Assembly: GCA_026026165.1 (NCBI GenBank)
Contig: JAPEUD010000031.1
Span: 62,001-126,000, forward strand
Direction: 5' to 3'
Length of the DNA stretch: 64,000 nt
From: Sarea resinae
Lineage: Eukaryota
Part shown: positions 48,204-60,498 of the stretch, piece by piece
Layout: each line of letters opens with the position of its first letter
How positions within the stretch are numbered: the stretch's first letter is position 1
Translations under genes and position numbers: made by a program
Notes under the pieces: model-generated
What the model was told of the DNA's origin: nothing
What the model saw: the letters and a program-made list of their open reading frames with translations, nothing else
Database searches by the model: none

Positions 48204-49690
48204 ATGTCCGCCCGATCAAAGAGACCAGCCAAACAAGAAGATGAGGAGATCCAGCGCGCAAGGATCGTGTGCAAAAGCTTCTCAGTCAGTTGTCCTCTTC
48301 CAGTGCTGTCGATGATCCACCGGCCCAGTGGTCCAAATGGTCCAAATGGTCTAAATCGTCGGTCCAGGACTATTGGACCAGACCAGAGAAGTACGTCATC
48401 AAGCCCTTCTCATGATAGAACTTAATCCGCCCATATAGAGCAGCTGGAGACAGTCTTGTCCCCAGAGCGGAACATGAAGCGGCCAAAGCCACCCGCCACG
48501 CCTGCCGTCGTGAAATCCTCAATGATAAGAGGTGCCGCAAGAAGGAGAGGAAGGCGAATGAACGAGCCATAAAGGGAGAGGCAAGCCGGCAGTCTGCTGG
48601 CAAAGGACCATGATTGCTCGACCAAGTCGGCCCCGGGTGCGATCATGAGGCAGCATCCGCAACCGCTTCACGTCTAGGCCCCCGAAGCAGCGCTCTCGAC
48701 AAGAAGGGCCAGAATGCCTCGGGATAAGAAGAAGCCAGCGAAGAAATAGACAATGATAGCTTCAGACAAACACACACGGCTTGTTACTGCGACCACACAC
48801 AATGTCAGCCTGGCTCAGGACAAAGGCAGAAAGCCTAGCCATTGCTAGAAGGGAACAATCTAAGCTACTGTTTTTCCACCCAGCTTGTTTCTAACACATG
48901 CTTAACTCTCAAGGGATGCATATCTTGCGGAGGTACACAGATCTACTTAGCATCATAGCTGAAGCGTACTAGTAGCAGGCAGTCTATCTTTTGCTTGAAC
49001 TAAGTGTGTCTGTTTCATGTCTCTATAGTGGTGATCAATATAATCCTAAGAAGCAGATTAGATCCCTATCAGTCGTATAGTGAGCAATATAATATTACAG
49101 CCTCCTACCTTTTAGCTTGCGGAAGACCAAAAGGCATATAGAGCTCAGCTAATCCTCATCTCCTTGTCGGCGACTCTACAGAAATCGAGCTGCTTGAAGT
49201 TGAACGTATATCTATGAATTAAGGATGTCGTAGAATTAGAGTTATCTTGCCGTAGGCTAACGGACACGAGCAGGAACTACCTTAAGTAAGGTAGCGTGCA
49301 TGTCTTTACAGGGGGACGGCAAATTGCCAACTAAGGTAAACGAGCAAATTCCAGGAGTCAAACTTGAATAAACCTCCAGCTTTGGAGATTGAAAATCAAA
49401 AGGTGGTACGTTGACTTGCGCATGCTGTTCATCTGCTTAGTGTAGGATCGATGGGGATGATGCAGGGTGTGTTAAAAATGGGATCTTCATGCCTGTTTCG
49501 TACGGTGAAGTTGCCGTGCTCAGCGCGGGGCAGCTCCGGACGATAGCTGAGACGTTCGACGATAATTGTCTAAAACTCGCATATTACGTAAGCATTTACC
49601 CAGCTAGCTTAGCAATCATCATGGTTAGTCCATACTAGTAAGACGGGATAATACAGCAAGGGGATCCCCTATATAATTACTCATTATACA
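48204..49690 (+). pseudogene. Decayed multi-exon gene of unknown family
   Basis: MSARSKRPAKQEDEEIQRARIVCKSFS exon; later splice-flanked exons GDGKLPTKVNEQIPGVKLE*TSSFGD*KSKG and IDGDDAGCVKNGIFMPVSYGEVAVLSAGQLRTIAETFDDNCLKLAYY|gtaagc. Confidence 0.5.
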
Positions 49691-49901
49691 GCGACCCGCC
49701 TCATAAATTATTACAGCAAGTCACAATTATTACAATCACTAAAAATATATATAAGCACAAGCTTTAAGTCTGTTTTATTAATAAAAAATTTTCAAAAAAA
49801 ATAAGCCCAAGCAGCTTCGAGCTGGCTTTAGATAGGCACTTAAAAATCTTGAAAAAAATCTTAAACAAAAGTAAAAAAAAAGAGACTGCTAAGTGCAATG
49901 T

Positions 49902-51409
49902 CTAAAAATCCTGGAACCAATCTTCCTGTTCTGCCTCTGCAGTGATCCTCACTCGAAGTGGGATCGCGGCCTGCGAAGAGGCGGGCTCTTGGGCAGCTTG
50001 TCGAGCAGCTTGCTCAGCGGCTTGGGCTGCACGCTGAGCAGCGTTCATCCTGGTCATGTTTTGAGACCACTGATCATTTGTGGTGGATGGTAACGCGCCC
50101 GGAGGTGATGGGTTGACGGGCAAGAGAATTTGCTGTGGTGGCTATCCACTTCTCCATCCCGTAGGCACCCACCATTTTAAGTTCGGCAATGGAGAACTTC
50201 ATCCCGAAATTTTGCATCTGGCCAAGCGCCAGGACGAGCTGCGGCTCATGCTCAAGGATGCCAGACTTTTCAAGGGCCTTGTAGGCGCTCAGGTCGGCCT
50301 TGTTGACCGCCTTCTTGATTCTCTCAGTCAGTTTGCCCTGTTGTTCATGGGCCCAGACCACGGCATTCTGACTCAATTGATTTTCATCGAGTGTCAGATG
50401 CTTCTGGCACTGCTGATCCTTTCTTGGGCCCTGAGCAAACCTCGCGATGCTCGAAAAGAGATCTGGCACAGTTGCCCCTTCCATTGCAGTCTTGTGCAGA
50501 CCATGCTGACCGAGCTCCAAGCTTGGGCGACGGAGCCATACTTCAAGGTCTTGAAGATCTGAGCACCGTGCAAGTCGTGGTCGGAGAACCACAGGAAAGG
50601 CACGGATTTGTATTGAAGCGCGTGGTCCAAGAGGCAAAGAAATTCTCGAGTACCCTCATCGGGATACCCGGCGGTCTGTCGGAGCGTTAGCAAGGCCAAT
50701 CGGAGAAGGCAGCTGCGTACTCACCATGACGATGATGAATCCTTGCAGGAATTCATCTTGATCTGCCCATGCCGTGGCCAGATTCCGGTGCTCGGTCACC
50801 ATGACTCCGCGTACGCGGCCGGGCCTTTGCCTCGAACTTTCAGGCGAGCGACCATATCCGGAATATTGCACGTTTTGGCCAACCTGGCCGTGTCGACGGG
50901 CTTGTTCTTATGATACTTGAAAACATCATTGACCATGTCGACTGTAATCTCCACATCACGGGAGAGGGACACTTCACCATTGCACTGGCCTTGAAGACCA
51001 AACGACCTTGGATGGACGCCGATGGTGACGGCCCAATTATCGATCTGCGCCTTGACCTGGGCCTTTGTCATCCCGTTCGAGCGGTTGCTGTAACCGATCA
51101 TTCGGTACTTCATCAGCTCTCCTGCGTTGATTTGCTTCATTAGTCGCACGCCCATCCACATTATTTGCTTGTAAAAGATCCGATATCGTCGGAAGTCTCG
51201 CAGGGTGGGATTCGTGTATCGGAGATGCAGCCAGCTTAATGGCCATTGACCAATACCTTGCCTTTTTTTGGTTGGCTTGCCCCAAATTCGACGTAGGTCT
51301 CCTGGCTATGATCCAAGTCAGTCATCACTTCGTGGATCTTACTGACGATCTGAGAGGTCGAGATCTGGTCTCTCCAGTTAAGATTAATCGGTTCCATTTC
51401 GAACGGCAT
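49902..51409 (-). pseudogene. Divergent Spo11 / topoisomerase VI subunit A-like gene, interrupted by frameshifts (pseudogene or assembly indels)
   Basis: Collinear motifs KYRMIGY (cf. RDIYY), VKAQIDNWAVTIGVHPRSFGL...GEV, VMVTEH (TOPRIM Glu), IIVM|TAGYPDEGTREFL, FSDHDLHGAQIFKTLKYGS (DxD), RLQWKG, QMQNFGMKFSIAEL; intron 50676-50724. Confidence 0.8.
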
Positions 51410-51663
51410 TTTGATCGATTTCTAGAAGAAAGTAAGCTTTTGGAATGTAAAAGGCTGTTACTTCTCGAAAATTTGGATCGTCTTGGTAATGTGATGATGT
51501 TGGCTTGAATTGTGGTTGTACGAAGTAGAGAGTCAGGTTATGAGAAGAAAGGAAGGAGTAGGTAAGCGAAGCAACAGCAGTGACTCATGTGCTTTTGATC
51601 CAACCTGCCGTCTACGGTAATTCACGGACTTTCCAATAACAATCCGCTTTCTTTCAGTTCATC

Positions 51664-52319
51664 TCATCTCATCCTCAAGACCGTACAAGACCTTACCATA
51701 CTTTTCTCATCACACTCCATCACGCAAGCTTCCAAGTTCATACTTTCGATCTCCGCGACCACAGCAAAGACTTGACGATGGAGTGGATCGAGCCTGAATG
51801 GTTTGAGATCAAAGCATTTGGTGAGCCGCTTCCCGACTTCGCCCGTGTACCGCTTGTCAAGGCGGATAAAGAGCTGTCTCATGTCTAGAACATGGTCAAC
51901 ATGCTCTGGGAAATGAAGACGGCAGTCTGGACGAAGAAGGCGAAAAGAGATATGCTGTGTCGTATCTGCGGCCCTATGATTCTTGGCCTGAAGGTACTCA
52001 GGGAAGTGGCGACTGAAAGGTACTTGTCGGACTTGTCAGTGAATCTCCAGGAGCAATGGATGGCTGTGAGATTATTCAGCTTGATTCCGGCATCGTAAAG
52101 AGCATCGAATCAGCTAACGCCTTATAGATTCTCGAGCAGAAAGACGTCCAGGATTATAATGGTCGCATCCCGGATAAGCAGACATATGTCGCTATCCAAT
52201 TGGCCATCATTCCAATCAAGGTCGAGATGAAGATCGCCACTGAAGCCGATGAGTCGGTTGGACGTCCCACCAGCAGATTCACTTTGAGCTAAATTCGGTA
52301 GGAAACATTCACTGTTCAT
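51664..52319 (-). pseudogene. Possible degenerate gene relic
   Basis: Consecutive same-strand protein-like frames interrupted by stops; no family recognised. Confidence 0.25.
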
Positions 52320-52931
52320 CCTAGTTAGAGAATCATCTCTGGATACAGATACACATGCCCTTGCCGGGCAGCCTGGCTAAGCTTATTGCACTAAGCACTC
52401 GCATCTGATACCTGAGATCAGGTCTTGCCTACACGGCTCTCTCGTTGTGCTCAGCACGTACTGCAGTAGACCCAAATAAAGTGTCTCCACCTCTGATTGT
52501 GTTTTTCGTCCATGCTGTAAATAATGCGATCTATCTAATTCTTACGATGCAAGCTAGTGCTTTGATCCAGGGGTAAGTACTTCGGTACCTGCTATTCCGA
52601 GATAGACGTTCCTCGTACCCGCAGATCTCGAGTGTGAGATAAGATTATCTTATCGCCGGCTTCCGCCGTCAACGCCTGGTACGACCAGGTTCCTCGGTAC
52701 CGATGGTGGCCATGCGAGCCCCACCTACGCCCTATCGATAACATTCGGGGACGGGAATAGTCATATTCTTCGCTTTTAAGCTTCACAAAACAGCCATATC
52801 GTGACTCATCGTATCAACGCTATGCTGAGTTTTTCATTGAAAAGAAAAGCATCGAATTGAGCAGCCGCTGCCTTCCTTCGTTCATTCTTCATCCTCACTT
52901 TCACTGCCATTCTTTACACACTGCAGGCATC

Positions 52932-54445
52932 ATGACAGATGCCAATGTTCCTTCCGTCTCGGAGCTGAGTCTCGCCCCCAAGCCCACTCCCTTTGGCCAT
53001 GAAATGCGAAAACACTTCCTCTTCGACAAAGATTGGACGCCTCTCAATCATGGTTCGTCCTCGCTGTCCTCTCGTCAGTTGCATCCGTGCCAGCTGAAAG
53101 TGATATCTAGGCTCATATGGCACGTACCCGCGACCCGTTCGTGATCGACTCCGCGCCATTCAAGACCAAGCCGAAGCGGCTCCCGACGCCTACCTTCGCA
53201 ACGACTATGTGCCATTGCTAGAAAAGTCCCGAGCGGCCATGGCCTCGCTCCTCAATGTGGAAATCTCGACTCTCGTCTTTGTGCCCAACGCCACGACGGC
53301 TACAAATACGGTGCTTCGAAGTCTGCGCTTTTCGCCGGGGGAGAAAATCATCTACTTCTCGACCATCTATGGCGCGCTTGAGAGGACCGTCGATTATATC
53401 ACTGAATCCACCCCCGCAGAGGCGGTGAAGATCCAATACGCCCAGCCCGTCAATGACGACTTCCTCGTCGCGGCGCTGAGAGACACGATCAGGAAGGAAA
53501 GGAGTGAGGGGACCGAACCTCGTGTCGCCATCTTCGATACCATCTCCAGCATGCCTGGGTGCCGGTTGCCATTTGAGCGTCTCACAGAGGTCTGTCGCGA
53601 AGAGAACGTACTCAGTCTCGTCGACGGCGCCCACGGAGTGGGACAGATTCCCATTGATCTGGGCGCTCTGCAACCCGATTTCTTCGTCAGCAACTGCCAT
53701 AAGTACGCCTTCCTCTCGTCTTTCTCTCTTTCAGCATGCTCATTCAAATCATAGATGGCTCTTTGTACCCCGAGGGTGCGCAATTTTCTACATCCCGACG
53801 CGAAACCAGCACCTCATACGGTCGACGCTGCCCACTTCGCATGGCTTCGTGCCACTACCAGACCCCTCCAACCCGACACCGTACACGCACTACCCGTTTA
53901 TGGTGAAGTCCGCGGTGCCGCCGCCCTTCTACCAAGCATTTTCATTCGTCGGCACAACGGACAATACACCGTTCCTGTGCCTGCCCGCGGCTCTGGACTT
54001 CCGGTCCCGCGTCTGTGGCGGCGAGCAGAAGATCATGGACCACAACATCGCGCTCGCCCAACAGGGGGCGCACCTCATCGCCGACGCTCTGGGCACCGAA
54101 GTGATGGACAATGCCGCGCATACGCTGACGAAGTGTGCGCTCGCCAATATACGCCTCCCACTGTACGTGTCAGGTACGAAGGCCAATCAAGAAACCACCG
54201 AAGCCGCCTCATCAACGGAAGACGCCATCCCCGTCGCTGCCGAACATATCGGCGCTGTGACAACCTTCCTAGCGACGCGGATGATGAGCGAATCCCACAC
54301 GTTCATTCCCGTCTTTTTCTACGACGACAAATGGTTCGCGCGCGTGTCCGGCCAGGTGTACCTCTCGCTGGACGACTTTGAGTTTGGCGCTCGGGTGCTG
54401 AAGGAGTTGTGTGAGAGGGTGAGGAAGGAGGAATATCTGGCTTGA
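52932..54445 (+). CDS. PLP-dependent class-V aminotransferase / C-S lyase (hercynylcysteine sulfoxide lyase Egt2-like), 3 exons
   Basis: PLNHG|SYG, FVPNATTATNTVL, DGAHGVGQ, PDFFVSNCHK|WLFVPRGCA, PTSHGF, RVSGQVYL. Confidence 0.88.
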
Positions 54446-55404
54446 TGGTCTGTCTCTAGAGCCGTATAAATCCATAGTAGACACAATTTCCATAGAGTCC
54501 ATTTGACATAGTAAACGAAGAAAGCGATAATTTCCGCCAGACGTGATCAACTTACGTGTGTGAACTTGACATCCACTTGGTTTTGATGACGTTGCAATTA
54601 CCTCGTTCGCTGCTAGCATACCTTAGCTTGCATGTGAAATCATAATGACAGGCTTTCAACCTAGCAGTCTCACCTTCTCATTCTTGAACTTGACGTACTT
54701 TTCACCGATCACGTTTCTCACCTCATCCTATCTTAGGTTCAATCCTTGAGTTCCTTTGGAATAGACACGCTGATCGATTATCTTCTGTTTCGAGGTCCAA
54801 TCGGTATGCTCACCGAGGACGACAAACTCGGTCTGTACAGAAGCCCATCGAAGAGATGCATGTGGCGTCTTGCGAGCACTGCCATGCCGTTGCCGGGCGT
54901 GCCTACAATCGCTGTTTCGATACGCGGCGGTCCTGGAACGAAGGCCGTTACCGTGCAAGGTGTTGCGAGCAAGAGATAGGTAGCTGTCGATGAGGTAGGC
55001 AAGGTAGGTGGCGGATCTCATCGATGAAGGCCTGGAGAGAGATATGGGCGAATGACCAATGTGGCAATACCTTCTGATGATGATGCCGCGCTCAGCGACC
55101 CGCTCCACATGGCAGATGTCCTCCGCTGGAAAAGTTGCCTGGGATGCGGGTCACGGATGAAAAGAGTAGCGGGGGTCAATCATGGTACGTGAGTGTTTGG
55201 CACCTATGCCTCCAGCCTGAATGTACTGACAGATTGGGCTTACTTGCCTATGTGGAACCGAATTTTGCTACGCGTGTGGGTTTCTGCGAAGACTTGTGAC
55301 TGCGAAGGTGCTGAGGATTGAGGTGAAAATAGGCACGAGCCCGAGGACGTCAGGGTCAACGCTCCAATACGTGAATACAAACAAAAATGTCGTCAATCGC
55401 CGCC

Positions 55405-57243
55405 TCACTCACCAACGACCTTTCGCTTCAGCATGCCACAGAAGCTTTCGAAAAGCACGATATCGTCACCCTTGAACCATCGCACCAAGACCTCCGTCTC
55501 CCTCTCCTCCCGTAATCCCTGGTTCCTGATCGAGATGCCGAATCCTAGCTTCGCGTCCTCGACATCCATCTCTTCGTCTGTCGTATTTTCTGATCCGGTG
55601 GTCCGAGGACGAGAAGATGAGGGTCCTCCCGCTGTTGCTGCTGCTGCCTTCCGTCTTGAGGCTCGGGACCAAACGTTGTCCTCAGCGAAGCCGATCCCAG
55701 TCATGCGCGCTTGGTTCCATCGCCAATGGAGAAGACTGAGGGGCCGAAGGGTTCTGATGAGGCGCTGGGCGATGTCGTCCATTGTTGTTGGGGCTGGAAG
55801 AGAGAATATGAATTCCGAAGGAAAGGGGAGATAGTGCTTGGGGATGCTGCCGGATACGCCTCGTGCGACGTTCTGTATCATGGAGAGCTTCAGCATGCCC
55901 TTCTTCTAGGAGGATCTCCGTTTTCATTGATTAAAGTAAAAACCAGGTTCTCCATCAATGTTCCCTACTTACCATACTCGGCCTTGAATCTCCCCAAGAC
56001 CACCCCACTGCCCACCGCTTCGTCTTGCTTCCCTGCACGAATTCCGTAACGGCCCAGTTTGTAACGCCGACTTCTTTGAGCTTGTCAATGATGGCCGAGA
56101 CACTGCTTAGTTTGCCGAGCATGCTGGAGTACCAGCCTATGCGGGAGCGGAGCGTGAAACTCTCCGAGATCATGCGGCCGACAAAGGCGACTTCGCCGCC
56201 TGGAGTGACCATTTCGACCTCCGCACCTGTGCAGGCCTGGAGTAAATTAGTCAGTGCCTTTCCAAAATACAATATCCGTCGGTGCGACATACGGATAATG
56301 GCGGTCTCTTTTTCTCCTTTGCAGAGGAAACAAGTTCGTCGTTTGACTTGTAGAAGGGTGGATTACACATTGTAAAGTCGAGGCTGTATGGAGATTGTTA
56401 ATGAAAAAGTACCTGCAAAGGGGCGTTGATTGACCTCTCGATTCCGATCTCGTCGAGCGGGAACAGCGGTCCCTCGGCGGTCGTCTTGAGAAGTTTGATT
56501 CTAGATGTTAGATTGTTCTTTGCCACATTGGATTTTGCATATTGTAAATTCTCATCGTCGATATCTGCTTCATGTCAGTGAGGTCTTGACCCGAACATTC
56601 CCATGATCTCCTACCTGTCGCGCCAAATCTCCAATTCGTTCGCTGCGAACAACCAAGAAGTGGATAGATGCAGCTTGCACCAGTGCCGCTACTGAAAGTC
56701 AGAGAGAAACAATGTGACAGAAGAGGCCGTACATGTCCAGACCTATGACTTCCCTCTCAGGGTCATACTGGTCGGTGTATTCATCACTCGTGGTATCCAG
56801 GAGATCTTGCAGCCAGAGGATATAATTGAGGCTTCAAAGCGCGGTTAGCTACATCCGATTGAATTTCTGATCTTTCTCACCGATTCGGGACCTAATCCTG
56901 TTAGATTTCTGGCTCTCGACTGCTCCGGGGGCTCACCGACAGGAGGGCATAGCCGGTCATCGGGGAGCTCAATGTCGAGGCCAAAGTCTCGCTTGAGGAG
57001 GCTCTTGGTCAGCTGTCTATATCTGTCAATCGCGGAACGTCAATGTGGATAGAAGCCATCATACTGAACAGCCTCCGGGTCGCTGAAGTCGAGCTGGCCG
57101 TTGGACTTTAAGCTGTGGCAGGTGTGAGCTATTCAGCACACTTCTGATGAACGAGTGTCATACTGTTTCGAAAATGCCGCGGATTGCAACGCAAGACTTG
57201 CAAAATCCACTCCATTGCGGTAGATGTTTCTGCCGCTATTCAT
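55405..57243 (-). CDS. METTL16/RlmF-like (DUF890) RNA m6A methyltransferase, many exons
   Basis: NIYRNGVDFASLA, RDFGL...DRLCPP, GLDI|GTGASCIYPLLG, MCNPPFY, CTGAEVEMVTPGGEVAFV, WYSSMLGK, QGSKTKRWAVGWSW. Confidence 0.88.
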
Positions 57244-57638
57244 GTTGTGGGATTGTTTATGCTGATGACGTCTGGGACTGTTCTTATCGTTGCGTGGTTC
57301 GCGTAAGGCAGTCTCAATGGGGACGTGTCGGTGGTGTTCATCCCGAGACGAGCAGTGGTGTTGACGACACCAACTCACGTGACCAGACTACGGTAACCGT
57401 TGCAACCCAGACCCGTCGTTTCCCGGTCCCGAGGGCAATAATGACGGCCATAATGATTCCAAGCAGACTGTCCCAAAATGATAGTAAGTTTACACTACGC
57501 TGCTATGCTATGCTATGCTATGCTATGCCGCTAATATCATGTCTTGGAAATGACCGCCTATATGCACGCGTAGAGATTTCAAATACTACCGTCGCTCCCT
57601 AACGCCTCCCGAGTCTCAGAAAGCGTCGATAGCGATGG

Positions 57639-59866
57639 TCAAGATGTAGGTGGCGGAGTCATGGGCATCGGCGAGGCAGCCGACGTATATGCTCCGGCGA
57701 AATCCAACTGAGACAACATGCCATTGACCTGATCAATCTCCTTGGACAGATCCTCTACGTTCTGCGCAAGGGAAGCCACTTCGTCAAACTTTCGATGACG
57801 GTTGGCGTCCGCAATCATTTCACTGACAAAGAACTTCTGCTCCTCCAGAACGATTAGACGGTCGCGGAGCTCCTTCTCCTCTGCCTCGAGAATCGACACA
57901 GCTGCACTGTTGTCGCTGCTGACGGTCAATTGGCTGGAGTTGCTGGCATGGCGGCCGACGGCTGCCAATGGAGAGCGAAGTCGGCCGCTGGGCGACGGCG
58001 AAGGTGTAAGGTGTCCGTCTTGATGTACACCATGGGAAGAAGCGTGCTTCAGTATCTTCGGGAGAGCCTTGAGCGGTAACATGTGCAAATGGAGGAAATT
58101 GGAGGATTGTTGGTAGATGGCTTTCTGCAATCTCTTTTGCGTCGGAGAAGATGTCGGCATATCGCGAATACGCCGAGCGGCAACGTCGTACTGAGTGAAG
58201 GCGTCGAGGAGACGCTTGCGTGTTTTCGACGCTTCTGCCAGCTGTGTGGGTGTTGGTGGCTTATTCGGATCTCTGCAAATTGTTAGTACATACAAAGATT
58301 GTATCGAGGGCACCTACTGGAGAGCAGTCAGCAGCCGCTGAAACTTTGGCTGCATTAGTCTGATTCCTCGTTCGAACTGAATCAGAGTCTCATAAGCTCG
58401 GAGGTCTGGCGGCTTCCGTGCCAGCTCGTTCGCAAAGTCCCGTTTGCTAAACACAACATTCTTACACTCTTTACACATGCGAATGTCGAGACTGATTTCG
58501 CTCAATGCTTTCTCTGAGAGGTGATCAGTCACTGCAGCTATTAGTCAGATTACTAAAACGGAAGAAAGTGAGCTCACTTGCGGCCACGTTTAGTCCAATC
58601 TCGCTGGAACAGCCAGTACGAGGATCTCCACATATCACACGGCCACAGAGCCGACAGTGGTGCCTTCGAAAGCCATAGTTTGTAAATTCCTGCTGACAGA
58701 ATGGACACTTTGGGACTTCTGCATCTTCTTGCCAAGTCACCACGGATTGCTCCAAAACTTTTCGCTGGCTCTTTGCTCCAGACAGAGGCCACAATATACC
58801 ACTGCCCCCCATATTCTGTTCCAATTCCGGATTTGTGAGAAGCTGCGTTAGCTTGGTGAGTCTCTTCTCTAGTCGGCTGACTTCGAGGTAAGCTCTGTCC
58901 ACGGTCCGTCTCCGAATGGCAGAGAACTCTTGCGTGTGGTCTCGCTCAAAGCCTTTGAGTATTAGCTGCGTTTTATCACCGAATCGCAGCCATGGAGCTT
59001 ACCATTGTGGTCGTTGTATCCCTCTCGTGACTTGTAACAAGTTTCACATACACGGCACCAGATTCCGCGTACGGGTTCATGCTGCGCCGACCTGGAGAGC
59101 TTCATTTGATACATTGTATGTTCCTCGCAGAACAACCTTCCACACTTTCGGCAGTTGACACTTCCGTTGGCTGCCCCGAGTCGTCTCCCACACGTTGGTT
59201 CTGAGCAGACATCGCCACCCAGTGGCCTTTGCCAGTGCTCCCTCGTCACGACTTCATCCGCATCTGGACGGCTGGGCTCCGGAGTGACGCGCCCGTCGGA
59301 AGGACCAATGGAGCTTTGCGGGACATCGTTTGACTCGAAGACCTCGAGTCCTTTTAGCTTCTGATTGAGAACGGCAAGCGGCTGAAAGCGCTTTGCTTTG
59401 ACCATCTGCGTCTTGAACCAAGTCTTCACTTCATCCTGTTCGACCTCTTCGAGGTTTTTGTGAGCGTCGTCGAGATGCCTGTACCCGTATGAGCAACGCC
59501 ATGGTCATCCGTGACGTTTGATATACCTATTCAATTGGAGTAAAGTCACCTAGAATGGTCAGCTTCTGGCTCTGCAATATTCGGTGGCAAGCTTGTACGC
59601 ACCATTTCTTCATTGCAAATCGGGCATGACAGCCGTGTGCCCGCTCCCGCGGCGGCACTAGAGTCTGCATTGTCCAAGGATACCCTCGAGTCAAGATCCT
59701 GGCTCTCGCCCGATCCATGCTGGTTTGAAGCCTGGGAGCTGAGAGAGACCGAACTCTCGGAGGGAGATAGCAAGCTCGGCTTGCGCTGATGAGGTGCGAC
59801 AACGGCCGGAGACAGAGCTCTTCCACTCCCAAGCACTCTCCCGCCACCCAAGGTTCGGTGAGCCAT
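57639..59866 (-). CDS. PEP7: Vacuolar segregation protein Pep7/Vac1 (rabenosyn-5 type; C2H2 plus two FYVE-type fingers), multi-exon
   Basis: CPICNEEM..HLDDAH, NCRKCGRLFCEEH...CRVCETC, WQEDAEVPKCPFC...RRHHCRLCGRVIC, C-terminal LEEQKFFV...RKFDEVASL. Confidence 0.92.
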
Positions 59867-60498
59867 TAGGTCCGCATCAACATGGCGAATCCACGACCGT
59901 ATGAACGTTTGTGGATATAAGTTCTCAGGTAGGTAGGGTAGGCAAAGTTTGGGAGTACGCGCCGCTCTCTGACCTTACGACATTGAGGTCTCATGCACAC
60001 AGCAGGGGCGGGGTCGGAATTACTGTTGATTGGTGTCGGCTGAGTCATCAAGATCTAATCTGATCTGATCTGATCTCGATTGCCATGTGACAACAGCCTC
60101 GCGATGACATGCATCACGCCTCGCCTTTACCTAGGTAGATAGTGAAAGAATACAAGGAATCGAAATTCAACATTCACCTCTCGACGGCCTATTGCCGTCT
60201 CTCCAGAGACTTTTATAGAAGTCTGTTACGCCATCATAGCTTCGTTGTGAGTTCTTGGGATCTTCGGGCTTTTCTTCCCTTGAAAGTCGTTGGATCCGTC
60301 TGACTGAATCGAGTGGTGTGGCATGATGGCAACACTAACCTGCCGTCGCCACTTCTATACACAAGGTAGAGACGTGGACGGAAAACAATCTAAAACCACT
60401 TGCAACATCTGCATCACGTCTATCTCGGGCTGTTACCGCTTTCAGTCATTACTGCACGGTCAGGTGCTCATGAGATTCGTCAACATTACATCTCATCC

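Noticed and set aside
51168..51256. 89-nt intron as an alternative to the first Spo11-like frameshift
   Set aside because: It would restore the frame but needs an AAG acceptor with no clear branch point. Not favoured, though not excluded without cDNA.
45988..52400. Complete LTR retrotransposon or LINE
   Set aside because: No recognisable protease, RT (YxDD), RNase H, integrase, endonuclease or LTR pair.
4184..54445. Sulfur/redox gene cluster (PRX1, rhodanese, Egt2-like)
   Set aside because: The genes are over 20 kb apart and separated by unrelated housekeeping genes.
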